Of a DNA stretch of 32,000 bases, positions 1-7,800 are shown in pieces. This DNA comes from Pirellula staleyi DSM 6068 (GTDB taxonomy: Bacteria > Planctomycetota > Planctomycetia > Pirellulales > Pirellulaceae): positions 5,550,001-5,582,000 of the forward strand of contig CP001848.1 in assembly GCA_000025185.1 (NCBI GenBank), given 5' to 3'. The notes below the pieces were generated by a model, which was not told the DNA's origin, made no database searches, and worked only from the letters and a program-made list of their open reading frames with translations. Within the stretch, counting starts at the first letter, position 1. Each line of letters opens with the position of its first letter. The translations under genes and the position numbers were made by a program.

Positions 1-302
1 TGGAGCGCAACCATTTGCGCCGCTTCGGTCACTTCCTTTTGCCAATCCTTCACTTTGCCAGCAGCGCCATGCTTGTCGTCCTTGGCGTTCTTTTTGAGCT
101 GTCCGGCGGCGTTGTCGAGTGCCTTGTCCAGTTCATTAAGCAGAGCGATCGCTTTCTCGCACTCTTTGTCGGTGTCGAGCGACTTGATGTCGTTGGGCAG
201 TCCCTTGAGAACTCCCTTGATGGCATCACCGATGCCAGTCTTTTTGACCGACGAAGGACGAATCTTATCCCACTCTTTTTCTGTGAACGAGAACATTGGC
301 AT
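1..302 (-). CDS. hypothetical protein, N-terminal part (ORF continues beyond the left edge of the window)
   Basis: Absent from the ORF track because it has no in-window stop. My reverse-complement translation from the ATG (complement of 300-302) reads MPMFSFTEKEWDKIRPSSVKKTGIGDAIKGVLKGLPNDIKSLDTDKECEKAIALLNELDKALDNAAGQLKKNAKDDKHGAAGKVKDWQKEVTEAAQMVAL with no stop down to position 3. A GAGGTG Shine-Dalgarno-like motif (complement of 310-315) lies 7 nt upstream. The upstream minus-strand gene ends in a strong terminator at 444-488. The sequence is far more protein-like than the two plus-strand track ORFs on the same DNA. No family recognised. Confidence 0.55.
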   Translation of the reverse strand, partial: MPMFSFTEKEWDKIRPSSVKKTGIGDAIKGVLKGLPNDIKSLDTDKECEKAIALLNELDKALDNAAGQLKKNAKDDKHGAAGKVKDWQKEVTEAAQMVAL

Positions 303-443
303 GTAACGACACCTCACTTTGGATCTGAAAGGAAACGGCACTGTGGTCATTGAAACGCACCACTAGTTCGCCTGCATCGCCCCATTATTGCCAGCCGCCC
401 GAAAAAAAATCGATCGCCCTACTGCCGATCGGGGCAAGAAACG

Positions 444-488
444 AAAAAAGCTGCGAGAAGATAGTTCCGAAGAACGTCTTCCCGCAGC
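444..488 (-). terminator. rho-independent terminator of the lipoprotein gene
   Basis: Imperfect long hairpin: 450-461 pairs with 477-488, and an inner stem 464-467 pairs with 472-475 around loop cgaa. The single A456/C482 mismatch on the plus strand becomes a G-U pair in the minus-strand RNA. On the minus strand the hairpin is followed directly by TTTTTT (A-run 444-449). Confidence 0.7.
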
Positions 489-507
489 TTCTTATGTGTG
501 CGAGTGG

Positions 508-530
508 CTGAATCAGCGGGGCTGATTCAG
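508..530 (-). terminator. perfect 9-bp hairpin just downstream of the lipoprotein stop codon
   Basis: ctgaatcag (508-516), loop cgggg, ctgattcag (522-530). It lies 7 nt past the stop at 537 and has no U-tract of its own. It may act together with the 444-488 terminator. Confidence 0.4.
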
Positions 531-536
531 AACCGA

Positions 537-866
537 CTACGAACCTTCAGCAGGAGCTTCGGCGGCTGGTGCTTCAGCAGCAGGAGCTTCTGGAGCTGGG
601 GCTTCAGGGGCAGGAGCCTCTGGAGCTGGGGCTTCAGGAGCAGGAGCTTCTGGAGCTGGTTCGGTGGCTGGTGCTTCAGCGGCTGGGGTTTCAGCAGGAG
701 CTTCGGCTGGTGCTTCGGCGGCTGGGGTTTCAGCAGGTGCTTCGGCTGGAGCTTCAGCAGCTGGGGTGTCGGTCGAGGTGGTTGGAGCTGGAGCTGGAGC
801 TTCGCCGCAACCGAGAGCGAACATGCCAAGGCCGAGGACGGCCACGATCGAGAAGAACTTCTTCAT
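537..866 (-). CDS. small lipoprotein consisting almost entirely of Ala/Pro/Glu repeats
   Basis: 109-aa ORF. MKKFFSIVAVLGLGMFALGC is a signal peptide ending in a lipobox-type A-L-G-C. The remaining ~85 aa are (PEAPA)n and (PAAEAPAEAPAET)n low complexity. AGGAAA lies upstream of the ATG and a terminator downstream. All other frames over this DNA are open only because of the repeat. Confidence 0.7.
   Translation of the reverse strand: MKKFFSIVAVLGLGMFALGCGEAPAPAPTTSTDTPAAEAPAEAPAETPAAEAPAEAPAETPAAEAPATEPAPEAPAPEAPAPEAPAPEAPAPEAPAAEAPAAEAPAEGS
540..803 (-). repeat. in-frame tandem coding repeats (30-bp and 39-bp units)
   Basis: The 30-bp unit ctggagctggggcttcagg(g/a)gcaggagc(c/t)t occurs at 590-619 and 620-649, followed by a partial third copy. 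The 39-bp unit ggctggtgcttc(a/g)gcggctggggtttcagcagg(a/t)gcttc occurs at 666-704 and 705-743, followed by a degenerate copy. Both unit lengths are multiples of 3. Confidence 0.85.
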
Positions 867-1505
867 GTCAAAATTTCCTGCAAATTTGGCAGAAACACGT
901 ATACGGACAGCAGGAACAGCCCTGCATTGTCGTTGGCGTATGAAAGATTGATCCGCCGAGGGGCGGCTCTATTCCCGAAAGATTCAAAAAAAGTGAATTG
1001 CGAGCTAGCCCGCCCCAAAAACAACTCTTTAAGGTGGATTTAGCAATTCTATAGTGTTATCCTACAATCCCAGTAGGTCGAACCGCCGACCGATTGGGAC
1101 GTACGTAGAACGTAGCTCGTGCTGGCAGCAATGCTGGCTAGCGCGCCCGGCGATTTTTCCAATAGTTCTACTTTTCTTGCGAAGTGCTGGAATAACCCGC
1201 AGGCTCCCGGGTTCTTTCCTTGTGGTTGATGGAGCTGTTGAACGTTGCCGATTGTCAGCCTGGCAGAGCGACTCTGACGAGTTTGCGGACCAGATGCATG
1301 TAGCAACTCTTTGGTGTACAACGTTTTGCATGTGCCGGGCGTAGTATTGCTAGCAGGTGCTTGGTCGCGATGCGATCGAGCCCGCAGGCAAGCTACTGAC
1401 CGCTGGGCCCATTCACGACGAAGCCCCCTCCCCTGCTCTGGCTGCTAGATCCGAGGCTCGAGTCCGCAAGCGACTTCGGCGCCGGAAATCGCTAGCGAGG
1501 CAGGT

Positions 1506-2246
1506 GTGCGATGGAAAGCAATGGCGAACCACTCAACCCCTAGGCCTGAAAACTTCGACTCGCCTGCCGATGCGGCAGCGAGCTTGGAGTCTTTGTCGCG
1601 CGATGCCGCAGGTGTCGCGCAACTGGCCGAGCGTATGTGCCAACTGGTGGAAACGCACCACGCGCCGCTGTATCGATATGCCTATCGACTCACCGGCTGC
1701 GTGGCCGAAGCGGAAGACATCACGCAGCAGACCTTCCTTCTAGCCCAAGAGCGGATTCATCAGCTCCGGGAAGAAGATCGCGCTGCTGCCTGGTTGTTTG
1801 CCGTTTTGCGAAGTTGTTTTCTGAAGAGTGTCCGTCGCAAGCGTCCTCAAGTAGGTGCGGGCGAACTGCTCGAGAAAACAGCCGATCAAGAGAATTCGCG
1901 CTCGATCGATCCCATGGATTGCTCGCTCGTGAATCGCTCGCTCGAGGAACTTCCGGCCGACTATCGCGTCGTGGTGCTGATGTATTACTTCGAAGATTTG
2001 TCATACAAGGAAATTGCCGAAGCCTTGGAGATTCCGATCGGGACCGTGATGAGCCGACTTTCGCGTGCGAAAATGCATTTGCGAGAGAAGCTCCTTCCGC
2101 TCAGCGATGAACAGGAGCCAGCCGAAGCAAGCCAGCCCGATTCCCCGCCGTTAGCCCGTACAGCCCCCTCGAAATCGACGTTCCCTGTTACCAGTTCCTC
2201 CTTGCCACCACTACCACCTGAACTCAGCCGCGTTCGCCCCTACTAG
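1506..2246 (+). CDS. ECF-type RNA polymerase sigma-70 family factor
   Basis: Region 2 reads LYRYAYRLTGCVAEAEDITQQTFLLAQERIHQL. Region 4 reads LPADYRVVVLMYYFEDLSYKEIAEALEIPIGTVMSRLSRAKMHLREKL. The track start is GTG 1506; an in-frame ATG at 1521 (MANHST) is an equally plausible start. A Pro/Ser-rich tail of about 55 aa follows region 4. Confidence 0.9.
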   Translation: MRWKAMANHSTPRPENFDSPADAAASLESLSRDAAGVAQLAERMCQLVETHHAPLYRYAYRLTGCVAEAEDITQQTFLLAQERIHQLREEDRAAAWLFAVLRSCFLKSVRRKRPQVGAGELLEKTADQENSRSIDPMDCSLVNRSLEELPADYRVVVLMYYFEDLSYKEIAEALEIPIGTVMSRLSRAKMHLREKLLPLSDEQEPAEASQPDSPPLARTAPSKSTFPVTSSSLPPLPPELSRVRPY

Positions 2247-2264
2247 ATTGCACACGTTATTTGT

Positions 2265-3161
2265 ATGAATCCTCACCCTTCCCTTCGCGAGCAACTCGAC
2301 GCCTGCCGTGCTGGCAGCGACGACTTGCAGCTCCCCGAGCTTGCCGATCTGGCAACTCGTGTGTCGAGCGACGCGCAGGTGGCTCAGGATTTAGCCGCGC
2401 TGCATCAAGCCGATCACGAACTTCGTTCGCAGCTGGTGGAAGTGAAAGTTCCCGAGGGACTTGCCGCTCGCCTGCTGAGCCAACTCGCCGCTGCCCGTCA
2501 GCAGCAGCTCCAGTCACCCCAGCTGCTCGACTCACTGAGCACCTCTCTGCAGAACGAAATTTCGCTTCCTGCCGAGCCAACTGCGGTCTCCCCAACTGCA
2601 GTCGAGCCAGCAGCCCAGCCGGAAGCTATCGAGAGTCGCAAATTCTCGCGGCGCAAGCTGCTGCAAGGGATTGCTGGTGGCACACTGGCCGCCGCACTGG
2701 CCGGGGGGGCGATTGCCTTCCTGCGCTACCAATCGAGTGGCCCCACCACCGTTTCGCGCGATGAACTTGCCGCTCAGTCGAGCACTTGGATCGAGTCTGT
2801 CCTGCCGCTGCCAGGCTGGAAACCCGCTGGCACCAGCATGCCACTCGCCAAGTACCCCATCGACCGAGCAGTTACCGTTGCTCCGCGTGCCTGGCGATCG
2901 TTCCAACCAGGTGGCACCACCGGTGGTTCGGGAGTCGCCTACGACCTGACCCGCCCCGGAAGTCAGCGTGCTCTGCTGTTTGTTATTCGGACCTCGGCGA
3001 GCCACAAAGTCCCCTCGGTTCCCGATCCGCATTCGCTCTTGCCCGCCTCGGGAAACATGAAGCTCACCTCGTGGCAGTCGGCCGGAATCCTCTACGTCCT
3101 GGCTGTCGACGACGATCACCAAAACCTCAGCGACTACCTCCGCACCCGCCAAGTTATCTAG
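2265..3161 (+). CDS. putative membrane-anchored anti-sigma factor
   Basis: Begins 18 nt after the ECF sigma stop on the same strand. Acidic N-terminal domain, a single hydrophobic segment (RRKLLQGIAGGTLAAALAGGAIAFL) and a ~140-aa C-terminal extracytoplasmic domain. No canonical zf-HC2 HxxxCxxC motif, so the call rests on position and topology. Confidence 0.5.
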   Translation: MNPHPSLREQLDACRAGSDDLQLPELADLATRVSSDAQVAQDLAALHQADHELRSQLVEVKVPEGLAARLLSQLAAARQQQLQSPQLLDSLSTSLQNEISLPAEPTAVSPTAVEPAAQPEAIESRKFSRRKLLQGIAGGTLAAALAGGAIAFLRYQSSGPTTVSRDELAAQSSTWIESVLPLPGWKPAGTSMPLAKYPIDRAVTVAPRAWRSFQPGGTTGGSGVAYDLTRPGSQRALLFVIRTSASHKVPSVPDPHSLLPASGNMKLTSWQSAGILYVLAVDDDHQNLSDYLRTRQVI

Positions 3162-3201
3162 TCGCCCACCGTCCCTTTGCCTCGGCTAAGCCTTCTTGTA
3201 G

Positions 3202-3227
3202 GTCCGGCTCCACCGGACAGGCATTTT
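3202..3227 (+). terminator. weak hairpin plus short T-run after the sigma/anti-sigma pair
   Basis: gtccgg (3202-3207), loop ctcca, ccggac (3213-3218), then aggcaTTTT (T-run 3224-3227). It lies 41 nt after the stop at 3161. The stem is short. Confidence 0.25.
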
Positions 3228-3474
3228 CGTAGGGCCGCTTCCACCGGCCAACCGAGAGCGAGCTGGGCCCGAAGCGGCTGAACAATCTACCGCCGCTCAA
3301 CTCTTTCCAACCGGCACACTTTGCCCCATCCGACGACTCGGTTCCGATAAAACCGTCCCGCACGGGGCGACTGATGCTCGGGGCTCTTCTCAGCCGACAG
3401 ATTTCCAAAGATGCGTTTTCATGGGCGCGTCGCACTACTACGGCCATGATCTGTCCAGGATGAGGATTCGAGCC

Positions 3475-3879
3475 ATGCGCAGGCTGATTGCCACCGCTTT
3501 GCTACTTGCAGCCACCGGAGCAATTTACGCCCAGGGGCCCGTAACTCCCATCACCCCCGAGCAAGAGCAAGTCCTCACGCCGAGCACCGTGACGCCGGAG
3601 ATCTGGCTCTACTCGCAGGAAATGCGTCGCCACGACGATCCCCAGCAAGCGGTTCGTCGCAAAGCCGAATTTAAGGCCGAACAGCGTTTGCATCGCATGG
3701 CCACCATGAAGTGGTATGGCATGAGCAACAGCCGCCCTCAAGCGTCGGCTGTGCCGATCATGAGCGTCTACTCCCCCACGTGGGTCGGCAACGGCCAAGA
3801 TCGCTTCGACTGGGTCGCTTTTGGCTTTCCCGCCACGACACTCCGCGTGGTCGAGCGCGAATACGTCTACCCTCGCTAG
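3475..3879 (+). CDS. secreted hypothetical protein
   Basis: The track ORF is 3421-3879. I prefer ATG 3475 because MRRLIATALLLAATGAIYAQG is a classic signal peptide and GAGGA lies about 9 nt upstream. ATG 3460 and 3421 are alternatives. The mature part (…WLYSQEMRRHDDPQQAVRRKAEFKAEQRLHRMATMKWYGMSNSRP…) matches no family I recognise. Confidence 0.6.
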   Translation: MRRLIATALLLAATGAIYAQGPVTPITPEQEQVLTPSTVTPEIWLYSQEMRRHDDPQQAVRRKAEFKAEQRLHRMATMKWYGMSNSRPQASAVPIMSVYSPTWVGNGQDRFDWVAFGFPATTLRVVEREYVYPR

Positions 3880-4007
3880 TGCCATCTGCATGTGTAGCCA
3901 ACTGGATGCGCAAGATAATCGCATCGACCACCATGCGACACCAAACTGTACAGGGCGACTAAGAGCGCTCGGCAGATTTTAAATTCTGTCGACATCGGTG
4001 CTGTAGT

Positions 4008-4481
4008 CTAAGTCGCAAGATCGATTGCAAGTATACCTTCGTCATCTTCATAGAAGGATACATCGAGGGCGCACTGCAGATTCAACCTTGCCATGGTTTG
4101 CATCTGATCTGGGTTAATAGTAGGTCCTCCGTGTCCATACTTTGACCACCAAAGACAATAGATACACATCTTGGTTTGCTGATGGCGCTGAAGCTCAGCC
4201 AGTGCTGCTTCAGAGAGTTTTGCCAACAACCAGTCAAGATGATGACGTAAGTCTCTTGAAGAGACGATGTCGGATGAAGATAGTACCCACACAGTCCTAG
4301 GCGGAATTCTTGTGGATTTCAGCTGCGTTTGGGAGTATCCATCGCGACATGACGTTGGGGCATGCCCAACGATACTGCTAATCTGAGCAACAGTTAGCAC
4401 CTCGGAGTAAACGCGAAGCTCCGCCACCGCTCTTTCACACGTTGCATAATTCTCATTGAGCGGGGTAAAGTCGCAGCTCAC
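4008..4481 (-). CDS. DUF4279-like protein
   Basis: 157 aa with the pattern I associate with DUF4279: AELRVYSEVLTVAQISSIVGHAPTS, WVLSS, LRHHLDWLLAKL, WWSKYGHGGPTI and a C-terminal LDVSFYEDD. GC is markedly lower (28/60, 28/60 and 26/60 in three lines counted) than in flanking genes (36/60 and 37/60). Confidence 0.55.
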   Translation of the reverse strand: MSCDFTPLNENYATCERAVAELRVYSEVLTVAQISSIVGHAPTSCRDGYSQTQLKSTRIPPRTVWVLSSSDIVSSRDLRHHLDWLLAKLSEAALAELQRHQQTKMCIYCLWWSKYGHGGPTINPDQMQTMARLNLQCALDVSFYEDDEGILAIDLAT

Positions 4482-4604
4482 GCTACACTCTCCAGCTTTG
4501 GGTTATTGCTTGGCGATGCTAGTCCCTAAAGTGAACAAGCGGAGCTATGGAAAGCCCCAAGAAGGTGTCGGAAATTTTCCGATAAGCACGCGTTGCGGAA
4601 GAAG

Positions 4605-4678
4605 CACCCCCGGCGCGATTCGAACGCGCGACCTGCCGCTTAGAAGGCGGCTGCTCTATCCAGCTGAGCTACAGGGGC
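4605..4678 (-). tRNA. tRNA-Arg (anticodon UCU)
   Basis: The reverse complement GCCCCTG TA GCTC AGCTGGATA GAGC A GCCGC CTTCTAA GCGGC AGGTC GCGCG TTCGAAT CGCGC CGGGGGT G folds as a 74-nt cloverleaf. The anticodon loop is CT-TCT-AA and the T-loop is TTCGAAT. No CCA is encoded (followed by CTT). The acceptor stem has U6-G67 and G1-U72 wobble pairs. Confidence 0.9.
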
Positions 4679-4813
4679 AAAGGACCTTAGCAGGTGAGGA
4701 GAACCCTGAAAAAGGTTCACGGCTGTAGGTCTACGTAGTCTGCCTGAGCGGGAGCCTTTTTGCTAGTGCCCCAAGGGTTTCCAGCTTCGTCGGGCCACGC
4801 AGTGGCTGGTTGT

Positions 4814-7800
4814 TTAATCAGCGAGGGCGTGGATGGTGTTGTGGATGGTTCCTTGCACCGGCGTGCCACTAGCGGCGCGGAGATCGTACTTGATCTCCAT
4901 ACACCAAGTGGGCTGCAGCTTCTCAACGTCGAGCGTCAGCGTCTTGCCATCAGCAGATAATTTCGCGCTGCGAACTTCGAGCGGCTGCTCATTGAGATGA
5001 GGCGAGCCGTAGCCAGCCGTTCGCTTAAGCGACCAGGTTTTGATCTGCATCGATTTCACGTCGAGCGCGGCGGGATCGAGCGGCTCGGTGAAGGTGAGCT
5101 TTAGCCCAGCTTTGGTCGCGTGCAGTTCGACCGGCAAATGCATCGCGTTGCCCGTGGCGCGCAGGCGATAGAGACCGCCCGGCGAAGTGGCGTTGCCGGC
5201 CCAGGCGAACATGCCACACAGATAGAGCTGCCCATCGGTGGGATGAAATCGGCCGCGCATCACACCGGTGGGAAACAGTGGCACTGGGAGTTCGATCATT
5301 CCACCTTGCATCATGCCGCCTACATTTTCGTGCGGCACGAGGAACACTTTGCCGTAGCCATACGAGAGGTTCAGCAGCGAGCCTTTCAGCGGGCCCCAGC
5401 GATCGCTCTCGACCCACAGTAGTTCGGCAGGCGATCGATCGAAAGCGTTGGTGATCCAGCAGAGTGGCGGCACCATGGCAGCATCCGACGAGTCGGTGAC
5501 GTCGTGATAGCCGAGCATGTTGCCGTAGAACTTCGGTTTGCCCTTGGGGTCGACTGTCACCCAGTTGATGCGATTCTTGGGGTTCCAAAAACCCTCTTGA
5601 TCGGTGACGACAAACGAACCATCGGGATTGAGACAGACGCCGTTGGCGGCGCGAAAACCGGTGGCCAGGATCTCGGTTCGCGAGCCATCTTTACTCACTC
5701 GCAGCAGCGTGCCGTGATGAGGAACGACAGCCGCCTTTCCGTGACAGCCCGATTTGGCGTAGTAGAAATTTCCAGCGGCGTCGGTTTGCAGTCCCATCGC
5801 AAATTCGTGGAAGTGCTCGGTGACTTGATGGTCGTTGTTGAGGGACTCGTAGAAGTCGATTTCGCCATCGTCGTTCAGGTCGTGGAGCACGGCGAGTTGA
5901 TCGCGACAAGTGACGTAGATTTTCCCCTCCACGATCTTCAAGCCGAGCGGCTGATACATGCCGGAAGCGATTCGCTGCCAGCGGAGCTTGCTCGTTGTCG
6001 CTTGGTCTTCTGCTGCAGGGGAAGCGGATGGCTCGACCAGCCAGACATCACCATCCCACGAGCAGACGGCGATGCGGCCATCGGGGAAGAAATCGAGCCC
6101 GGTGAAACGCGTTTGTGCGAGCCACGGGTTCGACTCCGGAGCGGTCAGCACATCGGCGGCGAAGGGACCAGTTCCCGCGCCGAGAATCGCTTCGGTCTCG
6201 AGTTTTTGCGGCCAGCGTGGTGCACCGCCGCGCGTGAGTGGCGCAAGATCGCGATCCGCTTCGGGAATCGGCTGATCGGCCCAGCTCGGGGCTGTGGTGT
6301 TTGCTACGTTCTTGGCGACATTGCCAGCGGCGGCTGAATCGGAGGGGAGCCAAAGGGTGAATCGCAGCGGCGCATTGCCTGCAGGAATCTTGAGTCGCAG
6401 GCGCCCATCCTCGGCTGTCCAGGTCAAGGGCGTGCCGCGTGGCGCAAGGCCGGCGAGCAGCGGCGCCGCGCTCGACTCCACGGGGGACAATCCACGCCGG
6501 ACCACCGCATCGCGGCCGCCCGTCGAGGCGTCGGCAATTTTTTCTCCTGCAGCATCGCTCAGCTTCCACGCGCCGACGACCGATTTGTCGTCGTCGCGCG
6601 GCTTCGTGGCGGAGGTGAGCTCCTCGGTAAGTTGGCGCTGATAAAAACGAACCTCAGCAATTTCCCCTTGGAAAAAGGTCGCGGGGCGCGGGAAATCGGG
6701 AGTGGTGAAGCCGATTCGGACGCGGCTGTTCTCGAGCGGTCCCTTGGCGGCCAGTTCCCCTTCGCCATCGAGTTTGCCATCGACATAAAATCGAACGCGG
6801 CGCTCCGATTGCTGCCAAGTGAGCGCCACATCGTGCCACTGGTTGTCGTCGACTTTCGACTTAGCCGAGACCGCGCCGACCCAGCCGATATCGAACGTCA
6901 ATCGACCACCACGTAGAAAGAAGCTTTGTCCATCAGGGGTCCATTTCGGTCCCGCTTCGCAGAGCGAAAACAGCGTTCCATCGGTTTTTGTTTTGATGCG
7001 TGCAGCGATGGTGAAATCTTTCGTCGTGAGATCAAACGCTTTCCCATCGGCCACTTCGAGGTAGGTGTTGCCGTCGAATGTGACGCGCTGATCGCGGGGA
7101 GCCGATGCCTCGGGCATGGGGGGCGCAAAGAGCACCACCGACTGATCGGTCCCCTCGACAAACGTTGTCACCGCCTCGCTCGCAGGATGCTCGGCAACTT
7201 GTAAAAACAGATCGCGATCGCGCGGGCCGATGTTGAATGTTCGCAGCAGTAGTGGCGCTGCTGATTCGCGTGGCAGCAGCCGTGGCGACTCGAGCACTTC
7301 AGTCGTTCCGATGGTGTACGAGAGAACCACATCCTGACCGTGATGATAGAGCCCGCGATACTTGCCCCACGAACGTGGCAACGGGCCATAACGTTTTCCA
7401 TCACGACCTTCGACCCGCTGATCGTCGACGAACGAGCCACTCTCTGGGCTCCCCCAGCCAGGTCCGGTCGAGTTGACGAACGCTGTTTGTCCAACGATGC
7501 GCGGATGCACACCATGAGCGCCGTTGAACTGAATTCCTTGCCAGTCGATGAAATTGTCGTCGGCATTTCCCGAGCCATTCCAGGCCGCAGCAGCGCGAAG
7601 CGTGTCGGTATCAAACATCATCCAGTGCCGACCGCGCGAAACGCCCCCTGCCCCGGGATCGAGCCTGATCGCAATTCCTTTGTAGGCGATGTTATGCGCC
7701 AGCCCTGGAATCTCGAACGTGTGTGTCAGGCTCGGACCATAATCCATCGCCGACCATGGGACAATTTTGCTCGGCTCGGGACCAAGCGTGTCCCCCTTAG

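Noticed and set aside
540-803. Possible CRISPR-like or satellite array suggested by the regular repeats.
   Set aside because: The units are contiguous with no spacers, their lengths are multiples of 3, and they sit inside a well-supported ORF. This is a coding tandem repeat, not a CRISPR array.
498-1043. Several overlapping ORFs in other frames and on the other strand over the repeat region (498-1043 +, 569-943 +, 664-951 +, 527-829 -).
   Set aside because: They are kept open only by the 15/30/39-bp periodic repeat. Only the 537-866 minus frame has a signal peptide, lipobox, start context and a downstream terminator.
1049-1344. Three ~90-aa ORFs in the long intergenic region (1049-1321 -, 1054-1344 +, 1062-1331 -).
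   Set aside because: They overlap one another in different frames. The translations are rich in Cys, Trp and Arg with no motifs, and there is no ribosome-binding context. I treat the region as non-coding.
3154-3447. 97-aa minus-strand ORF between the anti-sigma gene and the secreted-protein gene.
   Set aside because: The composition is not protein-like, it overlaps the probable promoter and 5' region of the 3475 gene, and it has no start context or homology signal.
3880-4010. att-type direct repeat of the tRNA-Arg 3' end, and an integrase, that would prove an integrated island.
   Set aside because: I compared the tRNA 3' segment (cacccccggcgcgattcgaacgcgcgacc) with the far side of the DUF4279 gene and found only trivial 5-6 nt matches. 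No integrase or recombinase ORF is present. The island idea is therefore kept only as a low-confidence compositional observation.
4456-4728. 90-aa plus-strand ORF.
   Set aside because: It spans the tRNA-Arg gene on the opposite strand, and its middle simply translates the tRNA complement.
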